Below are positions 1 through 10,298 of a DNA stretch of 64,000 nucleotides, piece after piece. The stretch covers positions 352,001-416,000 of the forward strand of contig CAVWFS010000008.1 of assembly GCA_963754315.1 (NCBI GenBank), given 5' to 3'. A model generated the notes under the pieces. The model was not told the DNA's origin. It did not search any database and saw nothing but the letters and a program-made list of their open reading frames with translations. The first letter of the stretch is position 1; each line of letters opens with the position of its first letter. Source of the stretch: an uncultured Candidatus Rokubacteria bacterium (GTDB lineage Bacteria; Methylomirabilota; Methylomirabilia; Rokubacteriales; CSP1-6). The translations under genes were made by a program, and so were the position numbers.

Positions 1-9
1 CACCATGGC

Positions 10-762
10 TCAGTACGCGCGGCTCAAGCCACCGTCCACGCGGATACGCTCGCCGGTGACATAACGCGCCTTGGGCGAACAGAGGAACGCCACCAGATGA
101 GCCATGTCGCTGGGATCGCCGAAGTAGCCGAGCGGGATCTGGCGGGCAAACTGCTCCTGATTCTCGGGAGTGGGATGCAGACGCTGATCGATCTGCTCGC
201 TGTGGATCCGGCCGGGAGCAAGACAGTTCACGGTGATGCCGTGCCGTCCCACGTCGCGAGAGAGCCCTTTCGCCCACGCGTGCACAGCCGCCTTCGCCGG
301 CCCCGCGGCGTTGGTGCCAGCCGGTTCCGAGGTCCCGGTGACGTTGATGATGCGGCCCCAGCGCCGCTCGATCATCCCGGGCAAGAGCGCCTGGGTCAGT
401 TTGCGCACGGCACTGAAGTTGATGGCGAATGACTCGTCCCACACGCCGTCAGGAGCGTCCACCGCCGTGGGGCGAGACCCTCCCGCGTTGTTCACCAGGA
501 TGTCGACGTGACCCAGTCGCGCCAGAGCCTCGTCCCGCACCCGCGCCGCTGCCACGCCCTCGGCCAGATCGATGGCGAGGGCATGGGGGCGCACCCAACC
601 TGACGCCTCGATCTCGTCCTGCAGGGTCTTCAGCAAGTCTCCGCGCCGCGCGATCACCAATGTCGACACCCCTTCGGCGGCGAGAACGCGGGCGATTCCC
701 CGTCCGATTCCCACGCTGCATCCGGTCACCACGGCCGTCCGGCCGCGTAGCTCGAGATCCAT
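10..762 (-). CDS. SDR family oxidoreductase (atypical catalytic motif)
   Basis: TGxxxGIG Rossmann motif, NNAG, TVNCLAPG and VDGG motifs; the YxxxK position reads AGPAK; GGAG SD upstream. Confidence 0.9.
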   Translation of the reverse strand: MDLELRGRTAVVTGCSVGIGRGIARVLAAEGVSTLVIARRGDLLKTLQDEIEASGWVRPHALAIDLAEGVAAARVRDEALARLGHVDILVNNAGGSRPTAVDAPDGVWDESFAINFSAVRKLTQALLPGMIERRWGRIINVTGTSEPAGTNAAGPAKAAVHAWAKGLSRDVGRHGITVNCLAPGRIHSEQIDQRLHPTPENQEQFARQIPLGYFGDPSDMAHLVAFLCSPKARYVTGERIRVDGGLSRAY

Positions 763-799
763 CTCTCCCTCCGTCTGGTCTCCGCGCTGCTAGTCCCGT

Positions 800-1633
800 T
801 CAGCCGGCCAGCGACTCGATCGCCTGCACCTCGTCGGCCGAGAACGACAGCGCGTTGCTTGCCAGGTCCTGCGTCATGTGCTCGGCGTTGGAGGTACCCG
901 TGAGCGGCAGCATGCCAACGGCGAGCGCGAAGCCGAATACCACCTGAGCTCGCGTGGCCTTGGCTCGAGCCGTGATACCGGCCACCAGCGGATGCCCCAG
1001 CACCTCGGGGTTTGCGGTGAGCAGAGAGAAGCCCTGGTAGACGATGTTCCGGGCGGTGCAGAACGCGCGCACTTCGCGGTCCCAGCCGAAGCGGGCGAAG
1101 CAACGGTTCTGGACGAAGGCAGGCCCCTCATCACTCGTGGCCGTCATCTGTTCGAGGTGATTCAAGGAGACATTGCTCACGCCGAGCAGACGTGTATGTC
1201 CGGCGTCGCGCTCGCGGATCATCGCCGCCCACACCTCGGTGTCGTCCTCGGTCCAGTAGCGACCGGAGGCCGGCCCGTGCAGGACGTAGCTGTCGACGTA
1301 ATCCGTGCCGAGATGCTCGAGCGAGCTGGCCATCGACTGGGCAACCTGCGTGGAAAGGTCGGCGGCCGGATCGTAGGGTAGGCGGTGATCCTGGCCCTCC
1401 CGGTAGGTAAACTTCGTCTGCAAGAAGAGGTCGGCCCGCTTCACGATGCCAGCGCGGTAGGCCGCCGCCAACCCTTGCCCCACGCCAGCCTCGAAGTAGT
1501 GTCGCCGCTGGTTGGCCGTATCGATACCGCGGAAGCCCATGCGGAGCGCGAGCTCGGTGAGGGTCGGGGTCCGGTCTTCCTTCCAGGCGGTGCCGTAGAG
1601 GAACGCGGGAACGGCCGGGCGAGTGGAGGGCAT
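800..1633 (-). CDS. Aldo/keto reductase
   Basis: YGTAWK, GFRGIDTA, LQTKF, DSYVLHGP and GVSN motifs; start 1633 or 1648. Confidence 0.88.
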   Translation of the reverse strand: MPSTRPAVPAFLYGTAWKEDRTPTLTELALRMGFRGIDTANQRRHYFEAGVGQGLAAAYRAGIVKRADLFLQTKFTYREGQDHRLPYDPAADLSTQVAQSMASSLEHLGTDYVDSYVLHGPASGRYWTEDDTEVWAAMIRERDAGHTRLLGVSNVSLNHLEQMTATSDEGPAFVQNRCFARFGWDREVRAFCTARNIVYQGFSLLTANPEVLGHPLVAGITARAKATRAQVVFGFALAVGMLPLTGTSNAEHMTQDLASNALSFSADEVQAIESLAG

Positions 1634-1771
1634 ACGCCATTTTGCCACGACCTACGGGCTCGCGGGCGTGGTCCGCATCGGCGTGTCCGTCCTTGACTCC
1701 GGACAGGGGCTCGACGACCATCGCGCCGTGGACTCGAACAGCGCTTCACTCTATCGACCGGAGGCTCAACC

Positions 1772-2080
1772 ATGCCGACCGTGCTCTTCGTCGTCAAAGC
1801 CACCATCAGTGCCGCCCAGGAGACCGCATTCAACCGCTGGTACAACGAGGAGCACGTGCCGGAGGTACTGCAGTTTCCCGGACTCGTGAGCGCGCGACGC
1901 TACCGGGCGCTCGAGGGCGAGGACACGTATCAATACATGGCTGTCTACGAGGTGCAGGATGAGGCGACCTATCGGCGCTTCGTGAGCTCCGACCACATGA
2001 AGCATCTGAGGGCGGAGTACGACGCGCACTTTTCCGCCAGCGAGCGGGCACGCTTCGCCTACGTCCAGGTCTGGCCATAG
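1772..2080 (+). CDS. EthD/DUF4286-like dimeric alpha-beta barrel protein
   Basis: FNRWYNEEHVPE...PG..SARRY motif; GGAGG SD. Confidence 0.75.
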   Translation: MPTVLFVVKATISAAQETAFNRWYNEEHVPEVLQFPGLVSARRYRALEGEDTYQYMAVYEVQDEATYRRFVSSDHMKHLRAEYDAHFSASERARFAYVQVWP

Positions 2081-2109
2081 CTTCGACTGATCCGTGAGGA
2101 GGACTGTCC

Positions 2110-2523
2110 ATGTCTGCGCCGCCTGCCGGGGCCGCCGTTGCCCAGCCCAGCGAATCGCTGGTCACGCTGACCCATGTCATCTATGGGCTGCACGCCCTCA
2201 GCCTGATCACGGGAATCATCGGCGCCGCCACCGTGGTGGGCGCTTTCCTCACCGGCTGGCCCTCGATCATCGCCGTCATTCTGAACTACGTGAAGCGGAG
2301 CGAGGCACGGGGGACCTGGCTCGAGTCGCACTTCCGGTGGCAGATACGGACGTTCTGGTACGGGCTCCTGTGGGTGACTCTATGCGGGATCTTCGTGGTA
2401 CTCACGCTCGGGATCGGGCTCCTCATCGCCTGGCTGCCCCTCGGCGTGGTCGGGCTCTGGTTCATCTATCGCATCGCGCGGGGCTGGCTTCAGCTGAAGG
2501 ACCGTCGTCCGATGTATGAGTAG
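2110..2523 (+). CDS. DUF4870-like membrane protein
   Basis: Hydrophobic segments with NYVKR...SHFRWQIRTFW motif; GGAGG SD. Confidence 0.75.
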   Translation: MSAPPAGAAVAQPSESLVTLTHVIYGLHALSLITGIIGAATVVGAFLTGWPSIIAVILNYVKRSEARGTWLESHFRWQIRTFWYGLLWVTLCGIFVVLTLGIGLLIAWLPLGVVGLWFIYRIARGWLQLKDRRPMYE

Positions 2524-2525
2524 GA

Positions 2526-3401
2526 ATGCGATGGGGGAGCAGGCTCGAGGGCAAGATTGCCGTCATCACCGGGGGCGCGAGCGGAATCGGCCGAACCACG
2601 GCGCTGACGTTTCTGCGGGAAGGCGCGCGGGTGGTGATCGGCGACATGAACGACGAGAGCATGGCCGAAACCGTGGCCCTCGCCGGCGAGCAAGGCGCGG
2701 CGGACCGCATGGCCTCCCTTCGGGTTGACGTCTCCGTGGAACGCGACGTAGCTCGCCTTGTCGAGCTGGCCGTCGCGCGCTTCGACGGGATCGACTGTAT
2801 GTTCAACAACGCCGGAGTCGGCGGCGCCTTCGGCCCCATCGGCGAGACCTTGGTCGAGGAGTGGGACTTCACGTTCGCCGTGCTCGTGCGGGGCGTGTTC
2901 CTCGGCATCAAGCACGCCTCGAACCGCATGGTCGCTCAGAGCCGCGGCGGTAGCATCATCAGCACCGCCTCGGTCGCCGGTCTGGCTGGCGGAGCCGGTC
3001 CCCACGCCTATTCGGCGGCCAAGGCGGCCGTGGCCAATCTCACGCGGGCCGTGTCCACGGAACTCGCCCATCATCGTATCCGGGTGAATGCGATTGCCCC
3101 GGGCCTGATCAAGACTCCGCTCGCCGTCGGCCGTCGCGAGACGGCCTGGGAGGGGCTCGTCAGGGACAAGCAGCCCTGGCCGGAGATCGGTATGCCGCAA
3201 CACATCGCCGATGCCGCCCTCTTCCTGGCCACGGACGAGGCGCGGTTCATCACGGGGCAGGTGATCACGGTCGACGGGGGCCTGACCGCGCAGGGTCCCA
3301 ATCTCTTTGGCAGCGCACCGGACAGTCTATTTCTGAGAAAGGCTGGCCTCAACACCGGCTCGACGGGTGCCCCCGGCAGTGTGCGCGACGTTCCTCGTTG
3401 A
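2526..3401 (+). CDS. SDR family oxidoreductase
   Basis: TGGASGIG, FNNAG and YSAAK motifs; start ambiguous (2526, or 2531 with one extra G). Confidence 0.9.
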   Translation: MRWGSRLEGKIAVITGGASGIGRTTALTFLREGARVVIGDMNDESMAETVALAGEQGAADRMASLRVDVSVERDVARLVELAVARFDGIDCMFNNAGVGGAFGPIGETLVEEWDFTFAVLVRGVFLGIKHASNRMVAQSRGGSIISTASVAGLAGGAGPHAYSAAKAAVANLTRAVSTELAHHRIRVNAIAPGLIKTPLAVGRRETAWEGLVRDKQPWPEIGMPQHIADAALFLATDEARFITGQVITVDGGLTAQGPNLFGSAPDSLFLRKAGLNTGSTGAPGSVRDVPR

Positions 3402-3416
3402 GGACAACTCGTCCGC

Positions 3417-4556
3417 TCAAGGTGAGCGGGGACCGAGGCCGTAGAGGTCGGCGGCGTTCTCGAAGAGAATGCGCGACGCCGCCCATTCTGCCTCGTCTCC
3501 GGATAGATCACCGTCACCGACCGTCGCCTCCAGGACTTGCCCGAGAACCCGACGCCCCCAGCGCGCGGCCAGCCAGAACGTCTCTGGCGTTCGCTGGGCG
3601 TCGGTCGAAAGCAGCACCTTGCTGATGGGGGCCAGGTGCATGGCCTCGTGCAGTGCCGTGCGCATGGCGTGCACGCTGGTGTAGGGCACGGTGAGTCCAA
3701 GGTCGACGTAGGCCCCCGGGTACACGCTGGCCAGATAGCCAGCCTCGCGAATGTACGGGTAGCAGTGCAGACACACCACGCGGAGCCCGCGTAGCGCGGA
3801 GGCTTCGAACAGCGGACGCAGGTGAAGAGGATTGGCCAGTCGGAGATCGAGGTCCGGATCGCCGAATCCCGTATGAAACTGGACCGGGGTGCCGGCCTCT
3901 GCGGCCACCGGCAAGACTGACCAGAGCATGGCGTCGATGAGGGGCTTCGCGGCGAGGCGCGGCGGCTGGCCCGGCACGACGGCGCGCCGCACTTCAGAGA
4001 AGACCGTCTCGACCTCGGCCGGCGCTGGCTCGCCGATGGCCAGCCCCGTCCGGTACGCGACAATGCTCTTGAACGCCGCCACCCGCGGGGCCAGACGCGC
4101 CACGTGCTCGGCAAAGGCGGCGAGCAGGCTGGACGCACGATCGTGCTGCTCCACCATGCCAGCCAGCTCCGCCTCGAGCCGGACGATACGACGCACGGCA
4201 ACGCCGGGAACCAAGGCCGCACAGTCAGTCACGCTCAGAAGGCGATCGGTCCAGAGGCCGTCGTCGATCAGCCAATGCCCGAGGCGTGCCTGGGCGAACA
4301 TCTGCCGCACCAGGGCTTGATAATCCGCGCGCTCCCGCGCCGAACGCAGAGCGTCCACGGTCGGGTCGCAGGCGTAGAAGCCGGCCAGATCGCGGACGGC
4401 CCGACGGAAGTGGAGGTTGTCGCGACCGAACCGAGCCAGCAGTTCCGGATCGGTCGCTTCGGTGAAGTACCCTTCGAGCTGCTCGCTCCGCCAGATAGCC
4501 TCGCGCGACAGCGCGTGCGAGTGGTGGTCGTACAGCGGGATCGCGGTCAGGTCCAC
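3417..4556 (-). CDS. Amidohydrolase family protein (FluG/NodGS N-terminal-like)
   Basis: DHHSH, FKSIVAYRTGL, QFHTGFGD, LHCYP and STDA motifs; likely GTG start at 4556. Confidence 0.85.
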   Translation of the reverse strand: MDLTAIPLYDHHSHALSREAIWRSEQLEGYFTEATDPELLARFGRDNLHFRRAVRDLAGFYACDPTVDALRSARERADYQALVRQMFAQARLGHWLIDDGLWTDRLLSVTDCAALVPGVAVRRIVRLEAELAGMVEQHDRASSLLAAFAEHVARLAPRVAAFKSIVAYRTGLAIGEPAPAEVETVFSEVRRAVVPGQPPRLAAKPLIDAMLWSVLPVAAEAGTPVQFHTGFGDPDLDLRLANPLHLRPLFEASALRGLRVVCLHCYPYIREAGYLASVYPGAYVDLGLTVPYTSVHAMRTALHEAMHLAPISKVLLSTDAQRTPETFWLAARWGRRVLGQVLEATVGDGDLSGDEAEWAASRILFENAADLYGLGPRSP

Positions 4557-4578
4557 CGGCAGGCGGATTCTAGCATCG

Positions 4579-5814
4579 TCAGGGAGTCGCCTTGGGCAGC
4601 CTCCTTGACGCGAGCTCGCCGACCTTCTTGCCCATGGCGGTACCGACCTCCGTCGAGTAGCGGTAGTGCACACCGTCGTAGATGCGGGCGACGGCGACTT
4701 CCTGCACGAAGTCGCCGACGCTCGTCCACGTGCGCACGGCGCCCGCGGCCGTCGAGCTGGCCGAGCTCAATGCGGGCACCGGTCCCCCGCCGATCTCGGC
4801 TTGCAGCACGGCCCCCAGCGATGCCGACACGATGCAATGGGCGCACGGATACTCGGGGTGCATCGGGGTATCGATAAATGGCGTCCAGCCCGGATCGCGC
4901 TCGGTGGCGTCATTGCCGTCGATGTCTCCGTTGCGAATGGCCGTGATGGGGCGCCAGAGGTTATAGGCGTACTTGGCCTCGAAGACCGCGATCAAGGCGT
5001 CGTCCATGGCCATTCCCGCCACCGCCAGCAGACGCGCGTTCGCCGTCACGTCCCGGCCGGGCACGGTCGCCACAGAACGCGCGACCGGCCAGTAGACGGC
5101 CGGTGCCGTGGCCTCCCAGAAACGGGCGATGGCGGTCTGTTCGGCCGTGCGCTGCGTGCTGTTCTTCCCGCCGAGCGCCTTGATCTCGTTGTAGTCGCGC
5201 GCCCAGACCTCACTGGTCAAGCTGGGCGGGGGCCCCGGTCGAAATTGGTCGCCGCTCGTCATCACCCAGGGCCGGCGTTTGCCCCAGTGCGGGGCGGCCG
5301 GCAAGGTCGTCGGCACGTAGACACCCGCAGTCGTATGTGGCCGATACGTGCTGGGCACCATCGACCCATCGTCGGCGCGCGAGGCCAGGATGGAAGCGGC
5401 CGCTTGCTCACCAGTTGCGATCCCAGCGCTCTTGCCGGGACCGTCGGGGATCGGACCGAGCGCGGCCCGATAATCGGCATCGATCGCCGCCTGCTGGTCG
5501 GGCATGAGCTTCGAGAGGACTGTTCGGGTGGCGGCGGCCACCGCAGCGTCCACCGAGGCGCCCGGCGCGGCGGCGACCTTTGCGCCATACGGGGCATAGC
5601 GCCCAGTGATCGCGTTGACGGCCTCGAAGACCGATACCTGGACGATGGCCATCGTTCTGACCGCGACGGGGGTGGCGGGGTTCTTGGACGCGATGTCGGC
5701 GGCCTTCGCGTTCGCATCGGTGACAACATCGGCGTAGGCACACGGTGCCCAGACCAGCATCATCGCCGCCAGGAGCCGAAGGACCGCGGTCATCTGCCTA
5801 CGGGGGATCTTCAT
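4579..5814 (-). CDS. Secreted vanadium-dependent haloperoxidase / PAP2-superfamily protein
   Basis: Signal peptide (AYA-D); KYAYNLWRP, HPEYPCAH and RIYDGVHY motifs. Confidence 0.82.
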   Translation of the reverse strand: MKIPRRQMTAVLRLLAAMMLVWAPCAYADVVTDANAKAADIASKNPATPVAVRTMAIVQVSVFEAVNAITGRYAPYGAKVAAAPGASVDAAVAAATRTVLSKLMPDQQAAIDADYRAALGPIPDGPGKSAGIATGEQAAASILASRADDGSMVPSTYRPHTTAGVYVPTTLPAAPHWGKRRPWVMTSGDQFRPGPPPSLTSEVWARDYNEIKALGGKNSTQRTAEQTAIARFWEATAPAVYWPVARSVATVPGRDVTANARLLAVAGMAMDDALIAVFEAKYAYNLWRPITAIRNGDIDGNDATERDPGWTPFIDTPMHPEYPCAHCIVSASLGAVLQAEIGGGPVPALSSASSTAAGAVRTWTSVGDFVQEVAVARIYDGVHYRYSTEVGTAMGKKVGELASRRLPKATP

Positions 5815-5845
5815 GGTGTGCGCTCCTTTCTCGTGTCGTGAGTGG

Positions 5846-7000
5846 CTATCCGTTCACGTCCACTCCGAGGGCCAACCGTCCGGAGTAGAGGAGTTGCGCC
5901 ATGCCGCGGACCGGGTGGTACCGGGCCCCCTGCACGTCGCGGAAGAGCCGTTCGAGCCCGAGGTCTCGAAAGAAGCCGGCACCCGCGGCCGCTTCCATCG
6001 CGATCTCGACGGTCCGAATGGACGCGCGGCCGGCCACCGTCCGGCCAATCAGGACTTCATTCGTGGTCTCGAGTCCCATGTGGCCGGACGTTCCGGCATC
6101 GAGCATCTGCCGTAGCGCCATACGGGCGGTGGCCAGCTCGGTGTCCATGAGGCCGACCAGCTCCTGGATCGCGGCGTCGTGCCCTCGGGTTGCGACCTGG
6201 CGCAAGGCGAGCGCGCGAGCGGCCTCTGCGATTCCGACGTAGACGGAATAGATCAGTGGCAGGGCTATCGTTGCCACGACGTGCCATACCGGGCTCCACC
6301 GCCCGGCCGGGCGGCGGACACTGATCGCGGAGTCCGGCACGAAGACACCCTCGAGCGTGATGTCGTGTGATCCGGTGCCGCGCATACCCAGCGTGCGCCA
6401 GTTGTCCTGGACCACGAGACCGCCAGCGTTGAAGGGAATAGCGCAATGCAGGACCGTCGGGCCGCCCTCGGGATCGTCGTACACGGCCATGGTCATGAAC
6501 AGGTCGCCCGCCGGGGAGCCACTGGCAAACACCTTGTGACCAGTGATTCGATAGCCCCCTTCGACCCTTTCAGCGCGACCCGATCCCGTCAGCCAATCGG
6601 CTCCGCCGCTCGTGACGAGGATCAACTCCTCGGCCGCCACCCGGCGCAGAAGGGGCTCCACTGCGGCCCCCTCGTGGCGCCACCGCCAGGCGGGGATGGC
6701 CACCTGGTGGGTGTGCATGGCGAGCGCCAGCGCGGTGGAGCCGCAGTACTGGGCCAGCACGCGCAGCATCTGGCCGAGTTCGGCATGCGAGGCGTCGCCG
6801 CCTCCGAGCTCAGCGGGCACGCCTGCGGAAAAGACATGACGCTCCCGGAGGTCGCGGTAGTTCTCGGCAACGAAGGTGTCGGCGGCGTCATGGGCGGCCG
6901 CCCGGGCCGCGAAGCGTGGCCCTAGCTCCCGGGCCAGCGCGGCCCAATCCGGGCGAACCCGATCACCGGTCATCGTTGTCGGCGAGGTAACCATCGACAT
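5846..7000 (-). CDS. Acyl-CoA dehydrogenase family protein (flavin monooxygenase-like)
   Basis: GHKVFASGS, WRTLGMRGTGSHD and LERLFRD motifs; AGGAGG SD. Confidence 0.88.
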   Translation of the reverse strand: MSMVTSPTTMTGDRVRPDWAALARELGPRFAARAAAHDAADTFVAENYRDLRERHVFSAGVPAELGGGDASHAELGQMLRVLAQYCGSTALALAMHTHQVAIPAWRWRHEGAAVEPLLRRVAAEELILVTSGGADWLTGSGRAERVEGGYRITGHKVFASGSPAGDLFMTMAVYDDPEGGPTVLHCAIPFNAGGLVVQDNWRTLGMRGTGSHDITLEGVFVPDSAISVRRPAGRWSPVWHVVATIALPLIYSVYVGIAEAARALALRQVATRGHDAAIQELVGLMDTELATARMALRQMLDAGTSGHMGLETTNEVLIGRTVAGRASIRTVEIAMEAAAGAGFFRDLGLERLFRDVQGARYHPVRGMAQLLYSGRLALGVDVNG

Positions 7001-7083
7001 TCCTCCTGCCGTCGTCGGGGGATCCGTTCCCGATAGCTCACAATGGCAAGGCGGCGGACGCCTGCCAAGCCCAAAAAATGGAC

Positions 7084-7112
7084 TTGTATGGCCGGCCCGA
7101 GGTTCTTACAGT
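7084..7112 (+). promoter_or_regulatory. Putative sigma70 promoter of the HxlR regulator (leaderless)
   Basis: TTGTAT-17 nt-TACAGT, 7 nt before GTG 7120. Confidence 0.55.
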
Positions 7113-7119
7113 CGACACT

Positions 7120-7821
7120 GTGAAGGGCTATGGACAGTTCTGCCCGATCGCGATGGCGTGCGAAACCTTCGCCGAGCGCTGGACGCCGCTCATCCTGAGA
7201 GAGCTGCTATTCGGCGCGCGGAGGTTCAGCGAGATTCGTCAGGGCATGCCACTGATCTCGCGAACCTTGCTCAGTCAACGGCTGCGTGAGCTGGAAGACG
7301 CCGGTATCGTCGCGAGTCAGCCGCTGGCAAGAGGCCGGGGACGAGAGTATCGGCCGACCCCGGCCGCCGAGGAGTTCCGCGAGGTTCTCGAACGCCTGGG
7401 CGCGTGGGGCCAGCGATGGGCCAGGGGACAGTTCGACCCGGACAACCTCGACCTGAAGCTGCTGATGTGGAACGTGGGCCGCCGCATCGATGTGCGGCGG
7501 CTTCCTGCCCGCCGCGTGGTCGTGCGCTTCGACTTTCGCGCCTTCCCGGCGCGCTGCCGGAGCTTTCAAACCTGTTGGCTTGTCCTCGCGCGCGAGGGCG
7601 TGGACGTGTGCTTGAAGGATCCGGGGTTCGAGGTTGACCTCGTCGTCACCGCCGACGCAGCGGCCATGGCGCGCGTGTGGACGGGGGCCACCACGTTTGC
7701 GCAGGCAGTGCGATCGGGCGGGCTACAGGTGGACGGTTCCCGCGACCTGGTCCGCGCGTTCCCGAGCTGGCTCCTCCTCAGCCACTTCGCCCACGTGGAG
7801 CGACCCGCTCGCGCCGGCTGA
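7120..7821 (+). CDS. HxlR-family winged-helix regulator with C-terminal SCP2-like domain
   Basis: YGQFCPIA..ERWTPLILREL..RFSEI..LLSQRLREL; divergent from the acyl-CoA dehydrogenase gene. Confidence 0.88.
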   Translation: MKGYGQFCPIAMACETFAERWTPLILRELLFGARRFSEIRQGMPLISRTLLSQRLRELEDAGIVASQPLARGRGREYRPTPAAEEFREVLERLGAWGQRWARGQFDPDNLDLKLLMWNVGRRIDVRRLPARRVVVRFDFRAFPARCRSFQTCWLVLAREGVDVCLKDPGFEVDLVVTADAAAMARVWTGATTFAQAVRSGGLQVDGSRDLVRAFPSWLLLSHFAHVERPARAG

Positions 7822-7837
7822 GCTCGGGTCTCAGCCG
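7815..7837. terminator. Hairpin spanning two convergent stop codons
   Basis: CGGCTGAG-7 nt-CTCAGCCG inverted repeat; no U-tract. Confidence 0.35.
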
Positions 7838-8589
7838 CGGGCGCCCGTCGCCGCCCGCTCGAGCAGCTCCTTCGTACCGGCCTGGATCCAGGGGAAGAAG
7901 CTCGTCATCGCCACTCGCACACCCATCCGGGTATAGCGCTCGACGTTCCCGGAGTTGACCAAGGTGCCAGCAACGCGGCCAGACTGGATGATCTTCGTGA
8001 GCGCCCCGTCGATCGTCTGCTGGACTACCGGGTGCCCCATGTTCCCGATGTGACCCATGGAGGTGGCCAGGTCGCTCGGCGCGACAAAGAAGACGTCGAT
8101 GTGGTCGACTTTGATGATCTCGTCGAGGTTCTTGACGGCCACGATGTCCTCGAGCAACACCATGAGCAAGCTCTGGTCGTTGGCGGTTTTCAGGTAGTCG
8201 CCCACCCCGAAACCCTGGCGGCTGGTGAACATGCCTCGCTTGCCGAGCGGCGCAAACTTGCCGGCCGCGACGACCGCCTCTGCCTCGGCCCGAGTGTTGA
8301 CGTGCGGCACCACGATGCCCTGGGCGCCCCGATCGAGGGTGCGATAAATCGTTGCGTAGTCGTTGTCCATCACCCGGACCACGGACGTCATCCCCCACAG
8401 GTCGCAGGCCCGCGTCAGGTTACCGAGATCGGCATAGTCGACACCGCCGTGCTCCCCCTCCAGCCAGATTCCATCGACGCCAAGGGGGCCGAGCTGATCG
8501 ATCAGGTCCGGATCGTTGGTGCCCGAGAGAATGGTTGCGACCTGCCCTGCGGCCAGCTTCTCCTTGACCTTATTCGGGCGAACGTTCAC
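7831..8589 (-). CDS. HpcH/HpaI aldolase family protein
   Basis: WLEGEHG, LDRGAQGIVVPHV, PLGKRG and FVAPSDL motifs; GTG start with GGAGG SD. Confidence 0.88.
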   Translation of the reverse strand: MNVRPNKVKEKLAAGQVATILSGTNDPDLIDQLGPLGVDGIWLEGEHGGVDYADLGNLTRACDLWGMTSVVRVMDNDYATIYRTLDRGAQGIVVPHVNTRAEAEAVVAAGKFAPLGKRGMFTSRQGFGVGDYLKTANDQSLLMVLLEDIVAVKNLDEIIKVDHIDVFFVAPSDLATSMGHIGNMGHPVVQQTIDGALTKIIQSGRVAGTLVNSGNVERYTRMGVRVAMTSFFPWIQAGTKELLERAATGARG

Positions 8590-8619
8590 GTCGTTTCCTC
8601 CATGAGGGGACTCCCCCGC

Positions 8620-10269
8620 TCAGGGCTCGCCGAGCCTCGATGGCGGGAGGCTGAAGACGTTCGCGGGCTCGTGCTGGAGGTCGTGGTCTCGTCGAAGGCG
8701 CTGCACCATACCGAGCGCATACGGAGCGCCCTCCAGGAGCTGAGCCTGCATGAGTTCGTCGAGCTGAAGGCCTGCGCGACGGGCGGCCTGCACGCACAGA
8801 TCGCGCGTGAGGGTGTCGGACTCGGCCGAACCGGACAGGACGGGAGGGGGGATCACGGTGGGCGCCGCTGCCCCGGACACGAGTCCCGGTCGTCGTCGGT
8901 GCCACTCCGTCGCCTGCTCGTAGGCGTGGCCCACACGGAGGATGGTCGGCTCATCAAACGGCCGCCCCACGATCTGCATGCCGAGCGGGAGCCCATTGCG
9001 CCCGAAGCCATTGGGAAGCTCCAGCACGGGCTGCCCCGTCACGTTCCAGGCGGTGAGCAGACTCGGCTTCTGCCAGAAGGAGACACTTCGATAGTCGGCC
9101 AGCGTGGGAGCCTCGCCCAGGCCCGCCGTGACGAAGGCGTCGAATCGTCGGTAGAGTGGTTCCATCTCCACCATCATCCGTCGATGCTCGCGCATCGCCT
9201 GGACGTAGTCGTGGGCCGTGAAGAGCACCGAAGGAAGCGCGCGGGAACGAAAGTCGGCGCCGAAATCCTGGGGCCGGGCTCGCAGAGACTTCTCGTGGAC
9301 ACTGAAGATCTCGCTCTCGGCGATGATGATCTTGACGTCGAAGTAGCTCGCGAGCGGCCTCACCCGGCATTCCTCGAGCTCTGCTCCCAGCCGGCGCAGA
9401 ACTTCCAGCGCAGACTCCATGGCGTGACGGACGTCATCCGAGGCCGGGATATCTGCCTCCCAGTGATGACGCAGGACCCCGATCCGGAGCCCGCGCAGAT
9501 CCTGACCCAGAACCTCTCGATAGGCGGGGATCGGTCGCCGCACGCTTCCCGCATCTCTGGGGTCGTAGCCCGCCAGCGCCTGGAGAACGAGGGAGCAGTC
9601 CTCGACGGTCCGGGCCAGCGGCCCGCAGTGATCGAACGTGTACGAGTTGGTGATGACCCCAGCCCGGCTCACCAGACCGAAAGTCGGCATGAGACCGACC
9701 ACGCCGCAATGCGAGGCCGGGCCTCGGATCGAGCCGCCGGTATCGGAACCGAGGGCCACCGGGACCAGACCTGCAGCGACGGCTGCCCCCGATCCAGAGG
9801 AAGACCCACCCGTGAAGTGAGCGAGGTGCCAGGGGTTCCGGGCAGGGGGCCAGGGCAGATCGAACGAGGGGCCGGCATGCGCCATCTCATGCGTCGCCAG
9901 CTTCCCGAGCAGCACGGCTCCGGCCGCGTAGAGCTTGGCGGTGGTGGTGGCGTCTTCGCTCGGCACCCGATCGATGAAGATGCGCGAATGGCCCGAGGTG
10001 AGAATGCCCTTCGTGTCGTAGATGTCCTTGAGCGCGAACGGGATCCCGTGCAGCGCGCCCCGATAGTGGCCGGCCGCGATCTCGGCCTCGGCCTTCCGGG
10101 CCTGGCGCTGGGCCAACTCGAACGTGGGCGTGATGAACGCATGGGTCTGCTCGTCGTATTCCTCGACGCGTCGGATCAGCGTCTCGACCAGCTCCACAGG
10201 CGACAGCTTTCGGGCCGCGATGAGCTCGCCGAGGTGCCCGATGGAGAGATCGTGCAGGTCAGTCGCCAC
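8620..10269 (-). CDS. Amidase signature family enzyme (GatA/AtzE-like) with C-terminal extension
   Basis: LKD, GGSSSGS and [13 protein letters not shown] motifs. Confidence 0.9.
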   Translation of the reverse strand: MATDLHDLSIGHLGELIAARKLSPVELVETLIRRVEEYDEQTHAFITPTFELAQRQARKAEAEIAAGHYRGALHGIPFALKDIYDTKGILTSGHSRIFIDRVPSEDATTTAKLYAAGAVLLGKLATHEMAHAGPSFDLPWPPARNPWHLAHFTGGSSSGSGAAVAAGLVPVALGSDTGGSIRGPASHCGVVGLMPTFGLVSRAGVITNSYTFDHCGPLARTVEDCSLVLQALAGYDPRDAGSVRRPIPAYREVLGQDLRGLRIGVLRHHWEADIPASDDVRHAMESALEVLRRLGAELEECRVRPLASYFDVKIIIAESEIFSVHEKSLRARPQDFGADFRSRALPSVLFTAHDYVQAMREHRRMMVEMEPLYRRFDAFVTAGLGEAPTLADYRSVSFWQKPSLLTAWNVTGQPVLELPNGFGRNGLPLGMQIVGRPFDEPTILRVGHAYEQATEWHRRRPGLVSGAAAPTVIPPPVLSGSAESDTLTRDLCVQAARRAGLQLDELMQAQLLEGAPYALGMVQRLRRDHDLQHEPANVFSLPPSRLGEP

Positions 10270-10298
10270 GAAAGTTCACGCCGATAAGTTCGAGCATG

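Noticed and set aside
8032..10287. 751-aa plus-strand ORF
   Set aside because: It is antisense to the well-supported amidase and aldolase genes.
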